Assembly: GCA_024679065.1 (NCBI GenBank)
Contig: JAGIQG010000013.1
Coordinates: 49,104,001-49,168,000 of the forward strand
Direction: 5' to 3'
Source: Sphyrna mokarran
Lineage: Eukaryota
Length of the DNA: 64,000 nt
In this document: positions 51,328 to 61,422 of the stretch, piece by piece
Layout of the letters: every line of letters begins with the position of its first letter
Numbering within the stretch: position 1 is the first letter of the stretch
Made by a program: the position numbers and the translations under genes
Notes under the pieces: model-generated
The model's input: only the letters and a program-made list of their open reading frames with translations
Told to the model about the DNA's origin: nothing
The model's database searches: none

Positions 51328-53061
51328 CGACCTTGCCAAATAATTTTCAGGTCAGGGTAAGCGACCAAATGACAAACCTTGGAAGATAAAGAAACATACG
51401 CAGTTGGAATGATGGAGTTGCTAAATCGCCTTGCTTCGTTTTTTCCCCCCTACCGCCTGGTCAGTCTATTGTTACCCTTTGCCACTTCCAGTTTCACTTT
51501 GCAGAAATTACCAATTGCCTTGTCCCGATAGATGTTACAAAGGGAGAATTTTCAATAGCTTATGTCATATTCTTCTACCTTGACCGAAATAATTAGTATT
51601 TATATTTCATATCTAAATGTTGCCTTAAAACCGGACAAGGTACTTAAAGAATGAATCATTAAAAGACTTATTTTTTAAAAAGAATAACATACAGAAATGG
51701 TCAAGTTACTTTGGTGATCATACTATCGTCAGCCCCTTCCCGTAAACTTGTGTTTAATGTAACATCCCTCAACCAGTGTATTTGGACATTGGACTTGAAT
51801 GGGTAAAATACCAACGTATTTGCCTCATCAGCTCTCCGGCATGGCAAAGGGATTGTGGGTGATGAGGCTCCACAAGGCTTGGAATGAGGCAATGCTATAT
51901 GATAGGATTGTAAGCACAGATAATCAATCAAACATGTCTGTATGATTGGAGGTCCGCCATGTTTCTGCTGCAGCCAATGGGGTTTGGTGTGTCTCAATGC
52001 TGCAGTCACTGGGCTGATGTAGGACATTTTCACCCTAGCCCATCCTATCTGCTGGCGACCAGCTGCTGTCCACTTAATAGAAGCTTAAACAAAGGTTTGC
52101 CCAACTCTGTAAACTGGAGAGAGGAAAGGAATTGGTAGAATCTCACTGAAGTTGTGTTGACTGCATGCTCGCCCCGGTGGGGAGGGGAATTGAACCCCCC
52201 CTTAACTCTTCTGTGGCAATTTGATAATCCAATACTCAAGCTAGCCAGGTCCACTGCTGACCATTGCTAAATGTTAATGATCCAACAACCGAACTTGCTC
52301 ATTAACAACATCTTCAGGAATTGACCTGTCACAACAGGTTGGGATTCTTCCCACTGAGATACTGGAAAGTAATATAGGAGTAAATCCCCATGTGGCATAG
52401 GATTACCGAAGACTATTTTTCCTAAATTCATTGGCTTGAAATGAGAGAAAGGAGTCCTGAAGTGAAGAGAATGTTCACTCCATATTGGGCCTGAAAAGCT
52501 GAACCACGGTGCTGGGTTTCTAAGCTTGCCAGAGTCTTAGCTGACCAAAAAAGTGACGTTTGAGATTCCCAAATGATACGGTGCGGAATGGTGCTGCACC
52601 TGAGCAGCTGGGCACAGGAGTTTGGCGCAGGGTACATTACACACTAGAACTCTTATTGGAATAAACCGTGCAAACATTATTTATGTCATGTTATGTAAGC
52701 GGTGGAATATTGGAAATCTTGGGTTGGTGTGCATAGCTGTGAAATCACATTCCTCTTCATTCTGTACATTCTCCTGTCCCACACAAGCTACAGCGGAGTT
52801 GTGTGAGATTCCAAATGATTCGGCTGACACTAAATTATGCCACACTTTCCAAACACATATCACGTAGATTTCAGGCGACCTTGCCAAATAATTTTCAGGT
52901 CAGGGTAAGCGACCAAATGACAAACCTTGGAAGATAAAGAAACATACGCAGTTGGAATGATGGAGTTGCTAAATCGCCTTGCTTCGTTTTTTCCCCCCTA
53001 CCGCCTGGTCAGTCTATTGTTACCCTTTGCCACTTCCAGTTTCACTTTGCAGAAATTACCA
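51328..53061 (+). repeat. Identical 186-bp direct repeat in ARX intron 4 (51328-51513 and 52876-53061)
   Basis: cgaccttgccaaataattttcagg...ttgcagaaattacca reads identically in both places, offset 1548 bp. Confidence 0.97.
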
Positions 53062-54108
53062 GCGAATAAACATTCCAGATTTCTGCATTTTGCTAGGTCT
53101 GATCTAAGTGACCAACTCTTTCAAAAGCCAGATGCAATGCCCATTAAGGTGGGTCACCAAAGTCACAATCTAAATGCTGTCTCCCGCTGACCATAAATAA
53201 AGAGGAAAAAAAAGACATTATGATGTTTTACAGCTGAAGTTGCGAGAAAGAGAATGTTTCTTGCAAATGTCATGATGCTGAAGATTCTGTGCAAAACCTG
53301 TTCCTTAACTGTGCTAACTAACACACAGCCTACACAGCAGCAGTGGGCTTGCAATAAAAAAATGTGGTCTAGTCCGGTCTATTCCTAACCTCCAGAGATA
53401 CTGGCACACGAGGAATTCTCTGATTCTATGAGTTAGACTGCACTCCAGGTGCCAGGGACCCAGCTGGAGTGCTGCACGCATTCCCTCGCACAGGTAAATC
53501 CGGGCCTCACAATACCACTCACGGCTTCCTCGTCCTACAATCTTACTTACTTTATTTTGGATATTTGAAAATGGGGCTTGACTTCTCTCTCGCGCGCGCA
53601 TACATAGTTGGAGTAATTTCAGTGTTTTGTTATGAAATATTGATGAAGTTGTTTAGTAAGCGATTGTTTAATCTGCTGTTTTGAGTGCTGGGCTTGCTAT
53701 TAAATACGCAGCGGATTTGGAAGAATATTGGTCTATCGTGGGATTTGTTACATTTCATGCAAGATTAGTCATGACACTGATTGCTATATTTTTCTATTAT
53801 TTTACTGACTAAACATTTTAGGAGATGTTGCGGTTGCTATTCTAAAAAAAAAGTTTACTATTGGCTCATTTTGAGATGATTCTATTCTGTTTACTGTAGC
53901 ATGTTCTTCCCCAATTGAGTTTTAGCTACTGGATTGTGAAGGAATTGTGTTTTGTTTCTCTCTCCCCTGTTCACTGTGCCTGACGACTGAATGATTCTGG
54001 TTCTCTTGTAACTTCTTGTTCCTGTGGCTGCTGCTGCTGCTGTTCCAGGAGCAGGACGGGGTGGGGGAGTGGGGCTGGGCGGGAGGGGCTTTACTTGAAG
54101 GCTCTTAC

Positions 54109-54440
54109 CTGCCGAAGTGCGGAGTGATGAAAGGATGTCTGAACATGGCCGCTCCCAGGAAGGTGCCGAGGCCTAACGGGGCCCCGCTGGGGGGGAGAGC
54201 AGCGGTGCCTGGTGGAGGCGGGAGGCCGGGGAAGGCGGCAGCTGCGGCTGCTGCGGCGGCGGCGGCGGCTGACCAGGCGGACTCGAGGCTCGGGTGGTGC
54301 CCGAACGGGCTGCCGTCCAGGTAATGTCCCAGCGGGTGCGCCGCTCCCAGGGGGCTGGCGAAGGGCAGGCCGCCCGGGTGGCTCTGAGCTCCGGCTTTCT
54401 CTCGCTTTCGCCATTTGGCTCGGCGGTTCTGAAACCAAAC
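54109..54440 (-). CDS. ARX: ARX coding exon 4 (homeodomain helix 3, 12-Ala tract)
   Basis: Acceptor atag|GTTTGGTTTCAG. Translates [57 protein letters not shown](A)12FPGLPPPPG...[12 protein letters not shown](R). Donor AG|GTAAGA. 332 nt. Confidence 0.97.
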
Positions 54441-55179
54441 CTATGAGAAAAAAAAAATAAACAGATCATTGTAAGTTCAACAATTTAAAACAACTGAAAA
54501 TAAATGTACAGAGAACAGCAAATGTGAAATCACTTTGAGGTTACAAATGACACCTTGTACACAAAATCATTCTAAAATTATAATCTAGCTCTGATTATAA
54601 CGAAATACGCTGTAAAACGCTTCCCTCCTTTAAAACTCGCGATTTCAATACTGGCCTTTTATATAGAAATGCAACTAAAAGTGTATTAACATTCTGGAAG
54701 AATTAGATACATTTCTATGTAGCGTGAGGCGCAGATTCATTGTACACACTTGAAAAATAAATGCTATTTTTGATTCGAACGGCAACCCACATGTACAGAT
54801 TCCTGACTTTTCCCACAGAAATATCGAATATATTATGCAAACAAAAAGTGATGCGATCAAATATTGGATTAGAAAAAAAAGCCATCACAATCCCCGACCA
54901 GTTCTGATGTATTCGGACAACATGAGACTGCCGATTTTAGTAATCCAGTTCCCGGAGTAAAAAGGTAACCGATTTTGTTTTTATATTCACAGTTTAGTCG
55001 TGGTTATTAAATTGGCCTTAATTAATACATCGATTATACTTAAACAAAGCGAAGTGAAATAAAACATGAAAATAACGCGGCACAATTAATTTAACTAGAA
55101 TGTCTCCTAAGTTTTATTGAGTCCAAACGAGCTTTTGTAAAGAAAGAGAAGGAGGGAAGAAAAAGTTATTTAACTTTCC

Positions 55180-55420
55180 CACGACTGCCTGAGCGGAAAA
55201 TAATCATTCCTGGCTGCCTGTCACATCGGGTATTTGACAATAGAACAATGTGTCAACAGAACGAGGGAGAATCTCATCATTAGCTCCTTTAATGCAAGAA
55301 GCTGTTGTGTATTAAATGAGCCATATGGAATTTATTAGGTCTTATCAGCGCTCGATTGTAACTGTAAAGTGATTTACTCAGCATTTACCTCCCAACATAT
55401 GTTTTATGTTCCCTGTGCTC
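55180..55420. promoter_or_regulatory. Candidate conserved enhancer in ARX intron 3
   Basis: Cluster of SOX-like gaacaatg, TGACA/TGTCA, cattag, tttaatg, attaaatg and GATA (cttatc) motifs in unique sequence. Confidence 0.4.
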
Positions 55421-55899
55421 GCAATAAGGCACCAATCATGATGTTTATCGTCGCTTTGGTTATGAGAGCTTCGAGAGAAAATGCACTGTGATGTGGGCCC
55501 TATCAACTTTAACAGCACTCCACTTCTGCGCTCCTTTCATCACATTCTCTGAAAGCGAAGGAAATTAAATCCTATGCTACTGTTTTAATGCTTTCGGTTG
55601 CCGCGGTGCAAAAGCATTCCCATTATTCATATTTGCGCAGTCACATCTGTAGAAAGTTTGACATAGATCAATATATTGTACCTGGCACAATCAGACAGGG
55701 CCAGAGTTGCATTGCCGGGACTGTCTGCCCGCACACTTCTCGACAATTATTAAGAAGGTCGGTATGAATTAATACAACGAGAGAGAGAAAAAAAATAAGC
55801 CTACAACTTGATACGGAAACACCCAAGTAAACATATCTAACCAGTGGTGGAAGAACTAGCTTGGGAACCATCTATTCGCACATAATAGTTGCAACTTAC

Positions 55900-55945
55900 T
55901 TGTACTCGTGCTTCTGTCAAATCTAGTCGCATCGCTAGTTCCTCC
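55900..55945 (-). CDS. ARX: ARX coding exon 3 (46-nt homeodomain exon)
   Basis: Not in the ORF track. tgtgcag|G GAG GAA CTA GCG ATG CGA CTA GAT TTG ACA GAA GCA CGA GTA CAA|GTAAGT = (R)EELAMRLDLTEARVQ. Intron between homeodomain Q46 and V47, typical of paired-class genes. Confidence 0.97.
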
Positions 55946-56925
55946 CTGCACAAAACATAGAAAGAAGTGAAAATACAGTTTATACTCTACCATGGATCGC
56001 AGTAGGTTTTTTTTTGGAAAGCTAATATAGATATCAGCAGCGGGAAATATGGAGCTTTCTAAATGAGGTTTAGACCCGACCTATTTACAGGCGCTCTTCA
56101 ATCTTTCCTGTTTACATGGGGCCATCAAATAGGTTAGACCAAGTATGCAAACATTAAATAAGTCCAGCGGCTCACCCCCGACATTGCCGAAAATATAAGA
56201 ATTGCTAAAACCAGCAGAATGTGTCATTATTTGATGCCGGAAAAATCCATTTTCAATATCGAACGGAAACGGTTTTTAAATCTGGAAAGTCTACCGCATT
56301 GTTAATTTACTGAAAGGGACCAAAACTATGATATATGTTGACGATTGTCTTTTCCATTCTCGTCCATAGCTCACCTGCTAACATAAAATACCGTTTTTGA
56401 AGAAAATATTACGCCACACTCTTCCACTTTTACCGTGTCCTGGAGTGGCTCTGAACACAATTCGATTCACATCCGTTTACTTACAGTCACTGAATGGAAT
56501 GTGGTGTCAGCAGATTTAGAAAGCTGATGTACACACTGACTTTTGGGAGCTGATAGCTTCACGCACCGCAATTCCCCCCCCCCCCCCAATGAGAAAGATC
56601 AAAGGACTAATGTTTTGAAATCTATGGGATGAAGGCACTGCTGGACTGTCGGCTGGGCAGCGCTGTGTGGCGAGCGCCAAGTGTTGATGTGGACGGTCAC
56701 TTGCTTTGTTAACGGGGACACGGGCGAGAGCAGGAGTGGAGAAAGTTATCGAGCCTGCCGGTGGATGGTGTGCCTGGTGTCCCTTGTCATTTGTCCATTT
56801 TGAAATGGGGTTGCGGACAACGCCAGAGTTAGAAACACTGAGGGGCTGGGTGCTGTACCGATTACCTTTCCAGCTGGAGTTTTTTTTCTCTGAGTTTAGT
56901 TGAAGTAGTTTAATTTGATACGTAC

Positions 56926-57481
56926 CTGGTGAAGACATCTGGGTAGTGTGTTTTTTGGAAAGCTCTCTCCAGTTCCTCCAGCTGGTAGCTGGTGAATGTA
57001 GTCCTATATCGCCGCTGTTTTCTTTTGAGCATGCCTTCTTCTGAGTCACTGCCGGCTGATAAACACAGGCTGTCCTCCCCATCTTTCACATCCACGTCCG
57101 TCTGGGCCTCCTCTACAAGTTTAGAGGACAGGTCATCTTCAACCTCCTCCTTGGCGTCTCCCTCGAACGACTTATCGATGGGCTCCGCCGAGCCTAACTC
57201 TGGGGACTGGGACAAGCTCGGCGCGCTCTCTCCCTGCGTTCTGCCCAGGCTGAAGTTTTCTTTGTAGGATTTACTGCGGCTGATGCTGACTTGAGGAGCT
57301 TGGCTGATCTTCAGGTCGGCGTTTCGGAATGGCTCGGAGGATCTGTCTCTTTCCAATTTCTCGTTGCCAATCTCGTTAAATCCCCGGGCGTCCAGGATTT
57401 TACCGCCTAGACCATACAGTCTTCGGAGTTTAGGAGGGAGGTGGAGTTCAGAGTCAAAAGACATGTTTTCCTTGGGCGATC
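56926..57481 (-). CDS. ARX: ARX coding exon 2 ([11 protein letters not shown], acidic region, N-terminal homeodomain)
   Basis: Acceptor ttttttttaatacccgcag|GA. Translates [24 protein letters not shown]...[16 protein letters not shown]...[47 protein letters not shown]. Donor AG|GTACGT. 556 nt, phases consistent with exons 1 and 3. Confidence 0.97.
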
Positions 57482-58905
57482 CTGCGGGTATTAAAAAAAA
57501 ACGCAAAAATTCACACATCAGCCGTTTGGAGGGAAATTCTCAAATAAAAATCACCCACTTACAAAGGCGATTTACTCACTGGTTATACTTTTCATTTTCA
57601 TTCTACATTGTACAGGTAGCAATGGGGCAGACTGTGCGGGAACAGGCAGACACTGCCCGATTTACCCACCAGGAAAATTCTTAAACAAGAGCGGAATGTT
57701 GACAGAGACTTTCGCAAGTGCTGCATTTGCTGTCGTTTCAGAGGTAGCAAATAGTTTATAGATCAAATTAATGCAGTTCCCCCTAATTCCAGCAACCCGA
57801 CACTGTATTAATTCAGAAGGGAGAGCAGGTTACCAGAGCAGGCCGCGGAAATCGGCAGCAGCGGGACAGCAAGATAACTTTCTATCCTGTCAGCAGGATA
57901 ATAAAGAAGCAACTGGCCCGTTCATTTTGGGAGATTGGCCTGTATTGTTTGGCAGGGACACTTGGTTTGTGCAATGACCGCAATTCAAATACCCTGCATA
58001 GATGTGCACTGGAGGAACTCACACAAACTCTGCAGAGAGCCGCATCACTCATCCCACTTTCCAGTTATAGAAGCAGTGACAGTGGAATATTCTCATTTAA
58101 AACCGCGAGTATCCCTGATGCCTGCAGATTTTAAACCGTTTATCCCCATTTGCAGCTTTTGTTAAGTCACTTTTATTTGCCCCTTTATCAGATGTAAGGG
58201 AGATTGAAAATTGACCGCCCTGCGCCATTTGCATATTGTTAGAAACATTCTCAACTTTAATCTACTTTTTGAAAAAAAAACTTATTTTCGCTGAAGCAAT
58301 CAACCGTTAATTTTATTTAAAATCAAACGATATTTTTAAAAAAATCCCACAGATCTCCCAAATGTTTAACGCAAGTGATATTCAGAATACGCATCAGTTG
58401 GCATGTCAATAATAGCTGGAAGGAGAGAAGGCTAAAAGTTAGATTATGAGATTCCTTTTCCCAGCAATTTTCAGGGAAAAAGGCGCCATTGGGTATCGGT
58501 GTGCTTATCGACAGCATACTTGCAAAGTAACCAATCGCAAACACGCCATCTCGATCAATCATTTGCAATGAAATAACATCAAACAATTGTTCTGCACAAA
58601 TCGATAACATATTCGACATATACTGCACGCTTTGGGCATCCCTACTCTGAACTGTGAAGTATTCCCACTCTTGGAAAATGACCGAATTGTTTGAGACATA
58701 TTTTAAACAATGCTGGGCAGAGTTGCAAACCAGACACCGATGCTTTGCACACTGGAGCTGTAAGGTCAACACTTCTGTTCCTTGGTAGACAAGTACCAAA
58801 ATGTGTGGAGGTTTTTTTTTGCTTAAAGGTATATTAGGTGTTCGGTCCTATAATCCAGTGAAGTTTTCCACCCTGTCCCTTGGGGGAAATAAAAAGACTC
58901 TTTAC

Positions 58906-59092
58906 CTTCACTGGCAGTGTCCGGCTCATTCCTGGCCGTGAGAAGCGGCAATGCTTGGGCTCCAATGCATCGGATCTTGCAGGGGCTCCTCCTGCCCAGA
59001 ATACTGTCGATGCAGTAAGAGGACAGCAAAGTTGGAGATTTACTTTTGCATTCGGATCTGTCGCAAATCTCCTCCTTGTATTGAGTTGTCAT
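58906..59092 (-). CDS. ARX: ARX coding exon 1 (start codon, octapeptide/eh1 motif)
   Basis: ATG at 59092 in context ccaaccATGa. Translates [39 protein letters not shown]...EPDTASE, including the SYCIDSILG octapeptide. Donor G|GTAAAG at 58905, phase 1. Confidence 0.96.
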
Positions 59093-59480
59093 GGTTGGAG
59101 CCTGAGTTGTGGCTTGCCGGCGGCTGCGATCCCCCCACTTGTACAGCAATCGCTCTTGCTCTGATCGAGGCCACTAATGACATTTGTATTGGCCTGTAAT
59201 TGCTTTCCTCTCGATTCTCCAATACACGTGCTGAAACCCCTGTGATTGGCTCAGGGAGGTCTGGGGAGCCTCTCTTTTTTTCACATTTCACCGACACGAA
59301 GTTTGGGTGAACAGGAAAACGCGATCTGGAGTCTGAAGGAATGAACCTCGCTGAAGAGATGAGTTCTCTCTCTCTCTGCCTGTCTGGAGAGAGATAGTGG
59401 GTTGTATAAGGCTCAGTTCTAGCTCCCGGGCGCTGAGGCTGAACAGGTGATGGGGTGCAGCACTTAGCTCTCACTGGGTT
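59093..59480 (-). promoter_or_regulatory. ARX 5'UTR / proximal promoter region
   Basis: Immediately upstream of the ATG. CCAAT motifs on - near 59190 and 59246, and a CACGTG E-box at 59225-59230. The TSS cannot be determined from sequence. Confidence 0.5.
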
Positions 59481-61402
59481 CACCGGCTTTTCAATACTTT
59501 ACTTTTGAAAAGTTGTGTTGTATACGTTTGATTCCTATGGTTAGGAATGATACTCCGGAAACATCAATTAAATTAAGATTTTGTAGCCTACGGTACGTTT
59601 CATATTATATATATAATATGCATTCTAATAATCCGTTCCACTTTCTGTACCTTAACATTTATGAATTGTAATTTAAAGGGAGGTGCTGATGTAATTTGGC
59701 TTCAGTGAGAGCTGGCACCAATATGATAACAGGGATGTATTTCTGAATCTAATCTTGAACTAACGAATCATAACTCAAACGCCAATTGTGATCCATCATT
59801 TAAACATTGCTAATGAACAAACTGTAATTTGGGTCAATCCTGTTTAAAGATTATATCATGTTCGTGTGAAGCGATATTTCCCCCTCTGTGGTCACAATGT
59901 CCAGGCCATTTTAATAGTGACATTTGGAAGGATTTCCGTCTGTAGTCCCCCTTACCCCCACCCCCTCCTCCGCCCGGCCCACGCAGCCCAACATGCCAAA
60001 CAATCCGCCACAGGACTTTGTAACTACCCATCAAATTAAAGGATAGATTAACTTGTAATATGATATATTAAACGTTCGTATTCGCGGCTAAATGTCTTTT
60101 ACAATAATACAGACTGTCGTGATTTCCCCCCCCCCCAAATAAAATATGGATCTTGTCAGTGGAGGTGATATATCCTATCAGGAATGTGATCCGGAGTGCA
60201 CAGCTGATCAATGTTGGGGTTATAATCATTCCATAAACTGATCCTGTAAAATGTCTTGAGAAATAGTAAGTTAGATGGAGCGCGCACGTTCCTCAGTGCT
60301 AGGAAGTCCATTCGGCTATTCGGTACAATCATTCATTTGATTATATTGCGTTTATCTTCATCGACTTGCTCCGTGTAAATGGCGTATTGCAGATTTTTTT
60401 TTGCAGCGGAGAACTTCATGTTGTATGTATAATATGACTTCAGGACTGAAACGGCGCATTGCGCGACTTCCTGGGGGCAAAAGCCTGAAACGTTTTTGTT
60501 TTTTTTCTAGCGCAGATCTCAATTTAATTACACAGCGGAAACAAGCAGCTCACTACATATCAACATTCCCGTCCCAAACAGCGTGCGCTTAAAGTTCCCC
60601 TTCTCATTTGGGGCTTGTCCCTTTCGTGTCATTAAATGCCGTCAGTCTGCAAAACAAAAAAAAAATCTCAGAAATGCATGCAACTTTTGGAAACTAGTAT
60701 AGCTGCAAATAAATATTCCTGAACTCGGATTTCTCACTCGATTCTGGGCAGTTGCAGTTTGAGGCAAGCTGATTCGAAATGTGAGAGAGGTGGGAAATGG
60801 CACAGTCATCATGTGAGAGGGAAAGCAAGACTGTGAAAAGGTATCTCTCCCTATCTCCCCGCACACTCTATTTAGCAGATAGCGGATCCGCGAAACACAT
60901 CAACAGGAGCGGGGTCAGGAAAAACTACAATCTAGAAAATGCCTTGTAGAGTAGACTCGCTTAACATTTACACATTTCCCAACGCTTGTATGAGCTAAAT
61001 CTCCAATATAAAAAGAAGGAAAACGTTATCATAAAGGCAAATCTCAGCAAAACATTACATCTTTCTCACAAAGACGAGATACGTAGATTCCTATTCATTC
61101 AACTATTTTCAGAACTATTTAAAACGAAAGCAACTCTGGAAATATTTGACTATTTAATTGTGGTACTAAGGATGTAAAGTAAACTGCTTTTGACCACAAG
61201 GATGAGGGGTTGCTTTTCTGGAACAAAATAACATGTCGAAAACAGAAACATATTCACGTTCAGCTGTGGGGATGCAAATACAGAATAACTGGCACCAAGG
61301 AAGCGAGGACATCTACCACTACCTGAGACAAATGCCACAAGGCTTTAGTGTACGAACAGATTTCTTTCTCATTCTGTTTGTTGGACGAGGCTGTCTTTAA
61401 AT

Positions 61403-61422
61403 TAGAGAGAGAGAGAGAGAGA
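61403..61422. repeat. (GA)n microsatellite
   Basis: agagagagagagagagagag. Confidence 0.95.

Noticed and set aside
51328-53061. Intact LTR retroelement or TRIM bounded by the 186-bp repeats
   Set aside because: Repeats do not begin with TG, no clear PBS, PPT or TSD, and the interior holds old unrelated repeat fragments with no ORF.
54016-54460. Plus-strand ORFs with poly-Ala/poly-Arg antisense to ARX exon 4
   Set aside because: By-product of GC-rich GCN codon symmetry. No splice or start context and no independent homology.
56516-57082. 188-aa minus-strand ORF overlapping ARX exon 2
   Set aside because: Alternative frame of exon 2 running into intron 2. No evidence of use.
58323-58799. 158-aa minus-strand ORF in ARX intron 1
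   Set aside because: No recognisable protein features. Exons 1 and 2 already join in phase with canonical sites.
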